Source: Vicugna vicugna (lineage: Eukaryota). From it: 64,000 nucleotides of DNA. Position 1 is the first letter of the stretch. Each line of letters starts with the position of its first letter. Position numbers and translations under genes: made by a program. The notes below the pieces were generated by a model. It was not told where the DNA came from. It worked only from the letters and a program-made list of their open reading frames with translations, and did not search any database. The stretch lies in NCBI GenBank assembly GCA_013265495.1, contig MU057503.1, positions 62,001 to 126,000 of the forward strand, in the 5' to 3' direction. Positions 39,800-55,049 of this stretch are shown here, one piece after another.

Positions 39800-41730
39800 T
39801 CATATAATCTGGGTTCATATTTAACTTCAGTCACCTAATAAGCTCAGTGGCCTTCAGCAGGGCTACTCTTTACCTGTTTGACAGCCAATTATGTAGCCAT
39901 AAAATCAGGATATCTCATAGGGCCTTGGGTCCTTAGGTCATTATGAGGAATAAATGAACTAATACATAAGGATTCCTATGTATATATTCACATAAGTAAA
40001 GTTTCCTAAAAGGCCATGGCCCAATGTAAAGTACCCAATAAATGTTAGTCTCATGACCTCACTACGTACATGGAAAAAAGGAGGTTTCCTAACTGAAAGA
40101 GTCCTTGAGGGGTCTCCTTAACAATTTCCCTTTAAGACATTCTGAACTGACAGTATGTGAAAACATCATTCCACAACCTTTCTTATCAATGGTTTCATCT
40201 CCCTTAGGAGCAGGGGGGAAAAAAGTGGCCTCAGTATCAAGCATGAACTTCGTCCATTCATTTGTTTGACAATTATTAAGTATCTACCACATGCCATGGA
40301 CTGTGTTCCAGACCACTGTCTTTTAAACCTGTGTCCGAGTTTTCGTCTAGGTTAACCTGGTGGATGGTAAGTACCCACAACTTCCAGTGTTGGAAATTCA
40401 CCACTTTCTGAGACAACTTTTGGTCTTCAGACAGATTCAAATATTATTTGATGACAAAGGAAAACAGAGAAGAGTTTTGAGAGAGTAGAGAATGAGTTCA
40501 ATCTGAGAGATGCAGGTGGAGAGGCCTAGTATACCGGTGGATATTCAGACTGAAATAATCTTGCTAGGAATCTCAGTTTTGGGAATCATCAACACCCTGG
40601 CACTAGTTAAGTGCTGGGAGTAAATAAGATCAACAAGGAAATATGAAAATGTAGATATGCCAAGGACAGAGTACTAGGTGGTACCATTATTTCAAGGAAA
40701 TGCTGAGGAAGAGGAGCCAATAGAATAGGTTCTAAAGAATGAACACAGAAGCAGGAAGACAACCATGAATATTATTTAATACACCTACGGGGGAGAAGGA
40801 AGTTGATCTGGAAAAGAAGGTAATGGTCATCTAAATCAAACGTCAGAGAAATTAAATAAAATGAAGCCTAAATAAAATCCACTGGGCAAAAAATTAATTT
40901 CACCCATAACAAAGTTTTCAAAAAATAACTTAATAAAAGGTCCATCTAATGTTTGAATGCCTCCAAAATAATGCTCTCCTGGAAGCTGTCCAGTTACACT
41001 TTCCTGAACATCCCAGTGTTAGAAATGTTCTACTTTCTAAAGCTCTTAATCTTTGGACAGCTCTAAATATTACAAATTTTTTCACCTTTTGAATCAAAAT
41101 CTTTCTCCTTGTATGTCTGTCCTTGTATGTATGATACAACACTATTTTCTAAATATTTGAAGATACAGCACTTACCCTAATTTACAAATATATTCATGTG
41201 TATATGTATGTACATTCATACATGTTTATTGGCTGTCTCCCCAACTAGGTTATAAACTCCAAGAAGTATTGACACTCTCTGCTTTAGTAAGTATTTGCAG
41301 CACATTGCATAGTGCCTGATACATAGTAGGTGCTTCATAAACGACAATTAAATGAATAAATATATTTACAAATGAGGTATTAAACTCTAGGATGAATTAC
41401 TGAAATTTTAGCATTCTTTTCTCTGTATATTTTTTTCTGATCTGGATCGATGTTCACATAACTTTCTAAATCATATTCCAGAGTATAAGGAAGATACATT
41501 AGGTGCCCTCTGAAACCTCCTTCCAGAACTCTGAATCTATGAAATGCTGACAAACATCATTTGTAATGGAAACATCCTTTTGGGAAACTGGAAAAACCAG
41601 GTTCAGACCTGGGTCTGCCACTATTTCTGTGCCCTTCAGCAAACCTGGCTACTTTTCTGGGCCTTGAGACCTCATGTATACAGTGAGGCATTTGGGTTCT
41701 ATATACTCCAAGGTTTTTTTCCTGATTCCA
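39800..41730. mobile_element. Cluster of MIR, L2 and possibly CR1/L3 relics
   Basis: Multiple degraded MIR cores and L2 ends; individual boundaries not resolved. Confidence 0.55.
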
Positions 41731-43159
41731 AACTAAAGGATTACGGCAGGGAGAGAAGGAGAACCAGGGGTAAATGATATAATAAAGTAAGTAAAGAAAA
41801 ATGTCTGAAAGGCCTACTCATTTCTCTGATTATATCATTTCTTCAAACTCCACATTTTTCTTCTTTTCTCAAGTTATTGTGTATCTACACTAAGTTCCTT
41901 TTATACCACATCTGCACTTTGCCATATTCCCAGTCATCTGAAATAAAACTGCCCTGTCATCTTCGACAAAGTGGCTCTTCAAATGGAAGTACATTGTTGT
42001 TTGTTATGATTTTAAATCTTATCTTTCACAAGAGGCCTTTCTCTTAGAAACAAAACTTACCAGCTAGGGCTATGTATAGTTTTAGAGTATAATGTAGAGT
42101 GATACTTAAATTATTGATAATTAAGACAAATTATCACCAATTACTAATCCATTCTAGAAGCACTTAGAATTCAGACTAAGAAAGTGAAGTATAAAAAGAA
42201 CATATAAGATATATTATATATTCTGAAGATAACATAACATATATTATATATGTGTGTGTGCTGGCATTGCGTGATACCTCTGGTTTTAAAAAAAAAAGAG
42301 TTAATATGTTTCCATCCTTTTTCAACATTAAGTTTTAAAGACAGATTCAAAAGAAAATATAATGCAGCCATAACACAGTACTCCTCCTTTGATTGTATCA
42401 TCATATTCAAAACATGCATAACCTTCAAGAAAAGGAAACTACTATTCATGTTACCATAGAATCCCTGCTGCCTGCATCATCATATTATTAGGGGAAAAGT
42501 CCATTTACAGATATTTTGTTTTATTCAAAAAGGGACTGTCTGAATTCTTCCAATATAATGAATGCTTTCATGAGGCTTTGTCATTAATCAGAAAATTAGA
42601 AGATTGCATTGTTCAATACTCACCAAGCATTTAGCATCTAATTAGTCTTATATTGATGTTCTACAGAGACAACTGACTTCCGCCGCCAGGACTGCTACAT
42701 TGGCTATTCCCATCCTACCCTTAAGAAGCCCATTTCTTACACAGCAGAGAGCCCAGGAGAGGTTTTTCTAAGATAAATGTCATTGAAGGTTTCAGCCTGA
42801 ATTTAAATTCCAGAAAAAGACACATTTTACCTCACATTTGTTTTTAGAGTTGGAGATTTTTTTTCAGTTCAGAGGAACAAATATTTGAGTATATGAATAC
42901 ATTTTTCAAATTTTCTTGAATGTTAACTCTTATTACTTACTAAAGTTTCTTATCAAACAAAATTAGAGGGTCATACAAAGCGACCTATGGGAAATCTGAA
43001 AGAGGTTCAAAGAATCCCATGGATGTTATAGCGTAATTTTAACGATACAATTCTAAACTTGGAGAGATAGTACCTACATAGAGTCTACAGAAATAATCTG
43101 AACCAGGACAGTTCTCTTTTAAGCACAATGAGTCCACTTTTCCAACATGTATGACTGAG

Positions 43160-44130
43160 ATGCAGTACTATACGGTTAAAAACTCAGCTCTGAAGGCAGG
43201 GTGTACAATTTAAAACTTGTCTCTGCTTCTTACAAGCTGTACGGTCATGGTCAAGCCACTTGTTTGTAAAACGGGTAGGAGTAGTACCTTCTTCTGGAGT
43301 TATTGTGTGGATTGATGAGATAATTCATGTAAAGTGTTTGGCACAGTGCCTGTTACATTGTAAATGCTAGGGTTTTAAATTTTTTAAACAGCTATAGATC
43401 TCCATAGAGAGTAAAGACCACAAAGGAAAAGTCTTCCTCCCTTTACCGCGTGCTTGTCCAAGACCGCTCTGCAGGGGCACAGCCTTAATACACAATGACA
43501 TCCGGGGTAGCAGATAGGCTTTGAATTCAAACCAGCCTCTTAGCACTCACTAGTTGTACAAATTTTTTTTAAATCAGTCTCTATCAGTTTCCTCACCTGA
43601 AACTGAGGATAGCACTTATCCCTAATTCACATCCATTTGAAACATCAAATAAAATCTCATGCATGAAGGTGTTTTATATAACAATACAGCAAGATGCAAA
43701 TGTGGTTATTATTTGTCCCTCTGGAATATACTCTTGTTTATGATAAAAGTGAAAGAGGAAAATAATCTGGAATTTTAGAATAAAATTAAAGATCAACTAA
43801 TAAAACACTTATTAAATGCCTGAATATGGTCTAGGTTAAACTCAGGTGGTACAAGGTAAAGAATAAAACACATGTCTTGATTTCACAGTCTAGGAAAGAA
43901 GCAGACAGGGAAGTGTCTAAGATATGTTCAGGAAACAGAATGGAAGCATAAGATGACCTATGGTATCACTGACTTAAAGAATGTGGAAGGATCTAAGTAA
44001 ACGTCAAATCCAGTTCTCTCATTTATCACTGAGAAAACTGATGACAAAGATGTTTGGTAATTTTTTTAAGGGTCAACAACTATCTGGAGGCAAGATCAGA
44101 GGCAGGACTCATTCTTTCTGACTTTTAGTT
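43160..44130. mobile_element. Three MIR SINE relics
   Basis: e.g. gagataattcatgtaaagtgtttggcacagtgcctg; cagtttcctcacctg. Confidence 0.7.
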
Positions 44131-47059
44131 TGGTTAAAAAAAGAAGAAAGAAGAAGCTTTTACAGAAATTTCTCATTCCTGGATAGAATTTTTACAAAAT
44201 CAAGGGGGAAAATTGGTTTGGCATCATACATCTTTCTTGTCCCTATAGTCACTTCAGTTCATTGCTATTTTACCTTTCTGTTCTCCAAGAACTAACATGG
44301 ATTTATTCCTTGTGTAACTTTTTCCCTCTCTCAAAGGTCAGTCATTTCCTATTTCCTTTGTATAAAAATTTATCTAGAACAAACCTGCCTTCTCGCCTCT
44401 TTTCTTCCCTTTCACTCCATCTGGCTCCCCATCTAATACTTCTTCTCCATCATATCCTACAAAATGCTAACCCTGCCACCTTTTAAATTCCTGATTGCCA
44501 ATTATTTAGCTTGCTTTTTGCATTCATCTCACTCCCGGCTGCCATACCATCGTCTACCCAGTGAACGTGAAGCAGGTTTCACAAAACACAAAGTGAAATA
44601 TTACCATAAACCCTGAAGTCCCTTTTAAAGACCGAATGTAATCAGCTGCTAGGAAAGGATACTAGGCAAGGAAGAACCAGTCTTCCTCAAAGTATAACAA
44701 ATTTTGCTCCAAGGTACAATTCACCAATATACAATAAGCTTGATTTTAATTCTACTTCTTGATTTTGGAAATCTTTCAGTACTATATAGTACCTAAATTC
44801 TTCATGAACCTTATATTTGAGATTCAGCTGGGGAAGAGGCATAGATCTATCTTTTTCAATAAGTTCCATGTAGCCCTAGCTTAATAGTCTTCGATCTTAA
44901 TTATATAAGTATGAGTGTTTTTGGACAATACGGAGAAGAAAATCAGATCCACTCAACTTAAAGCCTGTCTTTTGACTCATTAAAGAGTTCCAAAATAGGT
45001 TTTATACTTCAGAGAGTGAAGGCATTATATTTGAGGGTTTTGAACAACTTTGTAAGCAAATAGGGATGCCAATATATACAGTTCAATCTTTTAAAATAAA
45101 GACAACAGAATTCAATGTTACATTCTTAATGATATAATGAGTTGGCTTTGATTTTATAATACATATGAGTTTCCTTAATATTAAAATACAGTCAAGAATT
45201 TTAATTTTGTGAAATCTTCTATGGTGCAAGCATTTAAGAGCTCTGCTTAACCCAGAGGACTAAAATAAAATCAATACTTGAATGCATACTATCTGCACTA
45301 AGTAGCATTTAAAATTAGAACACCAATAATTTCCGATATCACTGAAGCCAAGAACAATGATATCACAGTCAGTAGTGTTCCTGAAGCTGAAATAAGCAAA
45401 TCTGGTTTGTGATAAATTATGAAAATGGTAATTATGTAGATAAGAATAAATGGCTTTAAATTCCCTAATGAATGACACGTCAAGTCACTGACAAGAACAA
45501 TCAAAATACATTCCATATGTGATTAACAACACTTAAATTTGACATTGACAAATATTATTTAATTTATACAACAGGAGAATCACAAGCATATGTGGTTTCT
45601 AAACCTCCAGGTTACAATAAATTGTTGAAAGAACGGGAATATTGGTTAACATGCTCATTTTGTTTTTGTCCTTGATGTTTTTGCTGACAATGTATGTATT
45701 GTTTAAGGCTAATACAGCTTTCAGGTTAGAGATGAAAAGTGCAGATCAAAACAAACACACTCTCTCTCTTTTCTCTCTTACACACACATACACACACAAT
45801 TAGAATAAATGATAGTTCATAGAGCACTCCCTCACACACTGAAGAAACATATAAAGACATTCTATCAATATAAACTATTGATCATCTTCCCATTAAATTT
45901 ATTAAGTACCTATTATGTGCTATGTATATACTATACTAAGCACCAGGAATCAATAGAAACATGATACACATAGCTCCGCCTCACAGAGCTTATGGTCAGA
46001 TTCAGTTAAATCTATTCTTATCATTACTCAGCTATACACAAAGCTATTTTATATAACAGAAACTTCTAAAGCACTGAAAAGAAATTGAGTAAGATTTAAA
46101 AGCATTACTATCGCAAACGATATTAATCATACAACTTGGAAGAAAACAAATTGCTTCACTCTCTCAAACTGACATATCTAAATCTAATCTCAGTTTGTAA
46201 TTAATATACCAACATAAGAAAACATAAGAATTTCCAGGGCATTGATAAGACTGGCAACAAAATATTTTACCCAGTGAACCGAGCTTATGACATGAGATCC
46301 AGCTCATGTCTCAGTAGAATAGAGGCACACACCTGAACTATCATACCTTCCAGCATTAGTAAAACTGGTTTAGGGAAAAAGATTCTAATAATATGAAGAT
46401 GTCAAACTCCCAAAATAATAAGCTATTATGTCTTCCATCCTAAAGAGATCAATGTTGGAAAGGTATTTAGGATTAACAGAGAGCCAGCGAGTGAGAGAGA
46501 GACTGATTCACTTTAAAGTTGTAAGCCCAATAAACACACAGGGAAAACCATCTTTTTTTCAAGTCCATCCTCCCACATATTCATCATACTTAACTAGGAC
46601 AAAAATGCAGATATTGTGGCCAAATTTTGACATTTTAGCCCTAAAAAAAGCAATTACTATTGAAATTCCAAAAATGATTTCAGAAGCTAAAATTTATCTT
46701 GTGTGCTAAACTTCATCCGTGGATAATGCCTTAGTTATGAAATAAACTTATTTCTTTAAACTGCAGGAAGTCAACCAATCTTGCATTAATATGTGTAGAA
46801 AAGACAACTCCTGACTTATGCTTTGGAGTAAAATTACATTCTCTAAACCGAAGACTAGAAAACTAAACAAAACACTTTATGAATTCTGTGCTCAGATTAA
46901 AGAGACTTTGAGAAAAAGTATTTAGAGTTGGTAGCCAGGTTTAGCCTCCTTACTACAAGGAGAAGTAGGAGTTGGATGGAGGCTTCCAACCTTTCTCTGT
47001 CAGTTGCTAAGAAGTTCTCTAAAGTCTTAAAACTCAACTGGTAACAGCTTTAGCTTTAC

Positions 47060-47860
47060 CTGGGAGCATGTTAGTACAGATTCCCCAAGCCCTACTGCAG
47101 AACCTGCATTTTAGCAAACTCCCCACATGATTTGTGTGCAAACAGAAGTTTAAGAAGCAGTGATCTAAAGGAATAGGCTTTACAGAAACTACAGAGCCAT
47201 TCCAACTATTTGGCATAAACTTAAACTTCTGCATTTCCAGCACATCTCTCAAACTCTCCAAGGTATCACCAACTTCAAGGTGACTTCAGCATCAATTGCA
47301 CAATGAGTCAATAAGAAGAAAGAAAACTAAGTACAGGAGTGAGACTAAACAACTCATCATTATCATTCAGCTCCTCCAGCTGAGCCCTTTACTGTCAACC
47401 ACCCTGGCTCCAAATGCAATTAGGGTGGGAAGATTGTGGCCAGATTCAGCAGAAGGGCAGGCATATACTTATCTCCCTAGCTAGCGGTCTTCACATATTC
47501 CTCTGTTAACAATGACACACTCATGGCCTTTAACCTGCATATGGCCTGCAGATATGTCTGTTGGCCCACATAGTATTTCAAATGTGAATTCATTACTATC
47601 GTTTATAAATTTGAAACTTTCACATTAAAAAAATCTACACATCTAAGGTCTCGTCTACAAATCAGAAAATCTGACAAAATCAGACCCACAATCCAGCATG
47701 GCAACAAGTATAGCCAAGGCCCAGCTACCCCACATAGATGTTGGTCAGAATCTCCACCATTCCCTATGGTCTCCCCAGTACTGAAGCTGAGTGTCAGCTG
47801 CCACTTGTCATCTGCTATTTGGTCTGCTTCATTCATTCACATTCCCAACCTGACTCTTAA
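47060..47860. mobile_element. hAT-Charlie relics (MER5A-like 47060-47165; second element ~47480-47860)
   Basis: ctgcattttagcaaactccccacatgatt...aagtttaagaagcagtg is MER5A-like; second element assigned only loosely. Confidence 0.55.
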
Positions 47861-50800
47861 AGGGGTTGCAAATTCAGACACCTATAAGAGGCATCAAGTC
47901 ACTGACCTCAAGGCATTCAGCCTAACCGAATTTGTTCTTTCACATGTAATTCAGGAAAAGGAGCTATTGTTTGTAGATCATAGATCTTACGAGCTGCAAT
48001 CAGTCCACTCAACTACAAACTACCTCACCTTAAACGTATACTGTGGTATTTTTCTTCACAACTCTGTAACTCAGACATTTTAACAATTTTAATTATTTCT
48101 TTTCAAAACTGTACTTCATACTTGTAAACAAGAATAGTAAGAGCAGATATAGCACAAATACATGGTTGATCTATTCCTCCAGATTCATTTCAAAACTTCA
48201 AGTATTATACTAAAATAGTAAAGTCTTTGTCTTTGTCTTTTTTGTTTACTGAAATATCCCAAGAACCTAGCAAGTGCTCAATAAATACTGAGTACGTGAA
48301 CTTTCCCAAGGATTATAAATCCTCAAAAGTTCAAATGCAGATTTTGAATGAATGTCTTTAATCAACAGGTACATGGAGATTATTCATTTGTTAACCCAGT
48401 TCTATCTGAGTTAATCAACCAAACCATTTTATCTGTGTGACTATGAAAACCAACAGCAGAGAAGAGACCTGTAACCCCAATAAGCCTAAGGCTCATGGCC
48501 AATCACGACTTGTTTTGCAGCAAAACAGCATCATGCACACTAGGCAAAATGGCTAAACTGAATTATATTTAGTCTGATTCAGTTTTACGTCCCCATGTCT
48601 ACAGTCTTTAGTCATCACCATAATCATCACCAACATTGTCATCATCTCAGTCGTATAAAGCTGAACAAGTTTTTTTATAAATCACTTACTAAAAAGCATT
48701 TATGGAACATTTACTGGTGTGCCAGGAACTTTTTGGCTTTCTAAATACAGGTATGTCCTGCAATGTTATTGTACTTCCCATGCCATGATGTTTAGTGGGT
48801 CTGGACACAGATTTACATTTTTAATTATCTTGAAAACTTGACTAAAGAAAATACACTGCTGAGAAACTGAGGCACAGAGAAATGAAGCGGTTTTCTTGTG
48901 GTTACGTGGTTATTTACTGGTACAAGCCTCTCCAGAGCTCTTGCCACTACACACATTGGCTTTATATTAGTCACTTTCAAAATTTATCTGCTAACCAAAA
49001 TGCAAGCCAATGAATTTTAACTGCTCAACAAATGATGTGATGAGCACATACATCTTCAAATAGCAAAGTCTAAATTTTGACCCAATTCTGGTATATTTAT
49101 AAACACACCAACAATCAATCTTAAGGAGTCTGCAATAAGGCTTAATACATATCTTAGCAGGAAACTACTGTGACATAACATTTCAAGAACTAAAGCTGAA
49201 AAGAAAAATTAGGTTAGGAATGTTCCCTTGAACTTAAAGCTGCCCAAAATGAGGCCTCTGTTTTCTGGACTATGAGGTTTCACTGCCCTTCCTCTCTCCC
49301 CTTGGCCTTTGGATTGCCTGGCTGAAAGGTGGGTCATCTACTTTCTTTCTCCTTATAAACCGTAAAAGAGAACTAAAGTTAGAGCTCTTTCACTCAATTC
49401 AACTCAGTTTTCTGAAGACAATACAAACAAAAGTAGGACCGGGTCACAGCCACTGATATATCTGATGGCCATTCCAAGGAGGAATTTACTGAACTCTCCA
49501 GCACCAACAAATTTGAGTATGCCACCCACCATACACCTATAACAAGATAAAAGTAAATTAAGAAAGAAGTGGTAACAATAACCAGGTTTTCCATCTTGAA
49601 TAAACTTGGAACTGTCATAAACTAACATAAACAAAAAATCTAAGTGTATATGTTACTTTCCTCAAACGATCTGAATTGGCCATTTCTGAATTCTTGACTG
49701 ACCTGAATAGCCACACATTGGCTGCATTGGTACATAAAGCTCTATTGTTTCAACAAACCCAAGTTTTAGGGTTGTAGAAGTTCTGCTCTCTTGAAAAACA
49801 CAGTCTAACAAAGTCTCAGTGTTCTGTTACTAGGTTGAGGTTTCATTACTAAGATTCCTGTGACCACATAAACCTTTTTTAGTTGCCTGCCTGTGCTTAT
49901 TCCAATCATAAAGACAAAAAAAAAAAGTGAGGCCAGGAACATGCAGACTAGGACAAATAACACAATTTGCTTTTCTCAAATAGATGGTCTTTTTCATAAT
50001 AGATCAGGAGAGAGCAAGTATATTTACTTCCTCCAATATTTAAGTACAATTCTCATTGGAATCTCCAAGAAGGATGTTAAGAGAGAAACTCAGACAAAAA
50101 TCAAATAAAACCATGGCACAGTTTTTATGTATAGACAATCATTTTCAATGATCAGGTTTTTGCACCAGAAGGAATCTGTCTTTTAGCCCTGGCCATTCAG
50201 GATTGAAAACTTTAATTTCCAAGCACAAATACCCATTTCCAAAAATCTTCTACTATACCTACTATGGATAGTGCCTACTATGGATACCTTCATGAATTTG
50301 TTTACAAAGAGCTGCATAATCTGCCAAAGAAAGCCAAAGAAAGTGTTGCTCTGTGTTATTAAACTCAACAGAAACCTCCATAAGCAGCGACAGGAGGCCA
50401 CAGGCAATTAACACTAAAAATTGTAAGGTTTAGAATCTTTGCATGACCTTTAAAGGTCAACACAGTTGCCCATTCACATGCATGCAATTATATAGTGACT
50501 AGTTCATAGGAGCAAAAAAAAAAATTTAGTAAAACAAATCTTGCATTCATCAAAAAGCTACTTTGCACTCTTCAGGCTTTATGTGAAGAATTACCTTTCC
50601 ATGGCACAGGAGATAAAAGAGCAAAGCAGACATGTTTGACTGATTGTCCCCGTTTTGTCAAAGTACTAAATCAGCCTACCACCATAATTGCTAAGAAGGC
50701 AACAATTTCACATTAGCCAATCTCTCTGTAAGGAGTTTCCAAAATCTACTGTGTAAAAGGAGCATTATAAATATAAATTTAATTGAATAAGTACGTTTGT

Positions 50801-53800
50801 GCTATTGCTAGAGGAAAGGGAGATGCACCTTTGCTAACTGGCCATTCAGGGGAAATAATAAAATAATTACAGGTACTCTGGAGTAATTTAGGAGACTGAA
50901 GGAAGTGATTAAAAGGACCTTATGTAATATAAGCATATAAGCTCTGATTCCTTAATCTCATACCGCATATAGATAATTGTGAATAAAACGGAATACTCTC
51001 CTTATAGCTTATATATTCATGTCTCATCTGAATTCCAAGTAACCTGGAAGTCATATTTTTCAATGGTACTAATAATCAATTGCCTAAACAGGCTAGATTT
51101 TCACTAATTCCAGTGACTAGCTGGCCTACAGTTCCAGCACAGGATGAAGTTCAACATACACATGCGGTATACACATTGGAAGTGGGTGAGTTTGGGAAAT
51201 CTAACAAATCTAGAGTATAGTATCAGTATGTTTCTGGATATTTTGTAGACACCATTTGTAAACCAGAACGGTGTGCTCTACTATAATGCATGGTTTGTGT
51301 TCTGACTATGGAGGCGCATATTTAATAAAGACAGCATACAGATATATTCACTGTTTAAAATGTGTTGAAATTTCCAGTCATGCTGTCAATAAACATATCC
51401 CAAAGCACCCCAACATAGAGGACAAAATTGATTTTTTTTTGCAGCTGTAGCTTAATGAATAAAAATATTTTCAAAAGAAAAACTGAAGAGAAAAAATTCT
51501 GCCTGTAACAAGGGCTCAAAGAGTAAAACTCAATTATAAATGACCTTGTTAAACCATGGATACAGTTGCACTGTAGGTCAAATCATGTAAAACAGTGAAA
51601 AACTAGGTACCTAAAAATGCAGACTTTTTTTAAAGTCATTCTCGCCCTCTTCAACACAAAACCCGTCTTTTACATGGGTCCCATTAAAAGCATATGTATG
51701 TATGTGCATGTATATGTATAGATACAGAGATTAAATCCATATTGAAGAAAAATGTATTTAAATACTGTTTTTCTTCACACTCCAGTAAGTCTAACCATTC
51801 TCTTTAAATTTGTTGTATGAGTACGCGAGAAGGAGATTCACAGAGAGGCAGGCCCAGGAGGCTGACTGAGTACAGGATGGCGCCCAGAGCCGCAGGACGG
51901 AGACTGGGGGCAGCTCTCACCCAACTCACAACAGGCCGGATGGGTGGGTGGTAAAAAGGGAGGCATGGGGCTCCCCCCAATATCACATTAAATTCAGGGT
52001 TTTCACTCAAAAAAAAAAAATAAGCAGAAGACATGCATTTTTAGTTTTTTCTCATTGACAAGGGCACTGAATCACCGTGCCAAATAAATAGAATCAGACT
52101 TTTCAAAAATTGCCCAATAAATCAATGGTCAATGATAACTAAAAACCAAAACTAACTTCTAGGCCTCTGTTTTCTAGGCTCACATTTCCATTTCCCATTT
52201 TTAGACTGCACTCCAAACCTAAAGTAAAACTGTTCTCCAAAAAGACTTATGGTAACACATTGAGATTATTCCTCCTCTTCCAGTGGTATAGTTCCATGTG
52301 CTCCAAGTACTTCAAAACAAAGTGAACCAAAGAATTTTCCAACACAATAGCAAATTCACCATATTACATGTCATTTAAAAAAAAAATCAGTAGTTCATAA
52401 GCAAGATGTATCATGTGAAATACTGTGCAAGTATGTGGACCGGATAGGAGGTTGATTCAGCTGGTTTGGCCCTCACATCCAGCACCACTCTGTGTGAGTG
52501 CATTTCTTCTCTTTGTTTTGAAGGAGCCCTACTAATAACAGGTTGATGAATTGCATTTGTAAATATCAGGTATAAATCAAAATGAACTATGTTAGATGCT
52601 TATTTCACTTCAACTTATGGCTTTTCAGCTAGGAAACAAGACTGCATTGCACAGTAAAGTTTCTTATTTTTACTTGAATCTTCAATGAACAAAACAGCTG
52701 CAGAATAATGTGACTTAATGAGGCATCCCTAATAAAATACTGGAGAAGGAAAAGCAGGGGCACCGAACTGTTCGCACTCTGGTTGTTTCATCTTCTCAAA
52801 CATATTAGAAATAGCTGATGACACTTAGGAACATTCCTAGTTTGGGACATGCATTAGAGAGGCAAATGCCTAGCAGTTTGTAGGCACAGCTGAACTTAGG
52901 TAGACTCTGATAGTAAGTTGTATTAGGGCCCATGACAAGAAATGCCTGGGAAAAGCTGGAGAGGCACATCTTACCCCACCTGTACAGGGTAATCCATAGC
53001 CTGCAGTTAGCGAGAAATCAACCCCAAAATGCACTTTCAACATTTCAATATTCAAAAACCATGTTGTAAAAGGATCATCATTAAAATACTATATTGAAGA
53101 TACAGAATCCAGGACCACTAAAATTTTCTGATAACATACAAAATAATTTCTATAAAATCTCCTGCCACCCCCTAAGTTTCATCATTTCATAAATTTTTAA
53201 AAAGGAAAAGTGGCCATGTCTAAAAACAGATCTTTCTACAGCTGTGTCATCACATTTATAACTTGGTGGTTAGTAAATACTATAATGCAGTCTCCAAGCA
53301 ATATGCACCCTTTCTGACATAGATCCATAGGATCTCAATGAATCTTCACTCTCCAATTTGTCCTTGTTAAAATAACTAATATTTTTCAGATTCAAAATCA
53401 CATATCCTCAGAAACCTTAAGTTCCTTTTTAGCACAACTTGTAGCATTACAGATGTTTGCTTTCATGTCAACGTTTTTTGGTCCTTCTTTAAGAGACATC
53501 AATCATAGCACTATAAATAAATACGTAAATTCAAGCATCCTAAAGTAAGTGAAACTGTACTAAAGACCAGAATCAAGATTTTAGTCTCAAAAAATGCCTA
53601 ATTTGAATAAAGCAACACACCAAAACTGTGTTCTGCTTCTTAAAAGTCACTGTCCCTAAGCATTCAGTTGGTAGGGACACTGCTCTCATAGTATTACATC
53701 TATAAATAATTCAACCCAATTTTCATTGAAAATTAAGAAAATGAAAATAAAATTAGCTTCAGTGTGGTTACTGCTGGCTTTTCAAAGGCTACTGATGGAT

Positions 53801-55049
53801 CTAAAAATTAGAACTCTAAAAAGGCCAATATGCAGGACTGACCCAGGATGAGATCCAGAACGAAGAGAGAAAATTAAATGTGTCTGATCATTTTTAAGGA
53901 TCTTAGGTGCCAAATTTGAAATTCTAAGATTCACCAGTTTGACAGCACATGCATAAACATGGAAAGACTGGAATAAATACAAATAATCTCAATGCTTTGG
54001 GTTTTAAGAGCTTTAGAAGTATCTTCAGTCTCCTTCACTAGTTACTGTCATTCAGCACTTTACACAGAAATCTTAAATTACTCATTTGTCTTAACTTACA
54101 TTGTTTAATAGAGCAGTTTCAAAGTGTTAATTGGTAACAATCTGAATATTGATGTCTCAAACAATCTAGTTGGGGAAGACAGGAACCAGATAGTTACTAT
54201 GCAGTCAGTAGTCATTGAAATTCATCCTGTCATGAGGAAAAGACCCTTATACACTGACTGCTTTGGGGGTACTTTTCAGAGCAAAAGTTGCATATAGGTT
54301 TGTTTGTTTGTTTGTTTCAAGTAGGATGCTTGCAAAATTCCAGAGGGGATTTAACATTCACAAAAAGAAGGTATTTTCATTTCTGTCTTACTGCCACTAG
54401 CAAACTCACCCAGCACTCGGTGAAGAGAGGCTAGCTAGCCACTATAGTGACTACACGTTTGATTCTGCACGCTTCAGGCAATTGTTTAACACTTGCTCAG
54501 GAAGTGGAGTACTGACTAGGAAAGCCTGGCATCTACCCCGGGGCTCTGCAAACATCTATAGTTCGTCCTTTTCAAGTGGAGTCTAGGTAGCTCAGCCTGC
54601 ATTTCTAGGAGAAATAGGGCGATGGATCTCAAACTTTCCTTTTGCAAAGGCAGTATCTGCAAAAACACATTCCCCACTGACAAGTGAGGATAAGTAACCT
54701 AAAAAAAAACACCTCTTGGTGGAACCTGGCCTTTTGGAAGAGAAGGAGGAAGGGACGTAAAAGCAATGGGGCAGGAAAATCCTGTACTATTAACAAGATT
54801 CCGGAGGCATCTATACAGAAAGAAATGAAAAACCATCAGTTCCTCGAAGCTGTTCAGTTAACGCTGTTCAGTTAACGATCCTTTTCCAATAGCTCTCCGG
54901 TAGTGTCCTTTACTGAAGCTTTATTTCATTCACTAGGAAAGCGTCCGTTACCAAATCTAAATAAATCTTTAAACAGAAGAGGCTCTGGAACTTATCAAGA
55001 TGATTCTTTATGAAAACAGTTAGAGGTGGAGACATCAATCGCCTCACTG

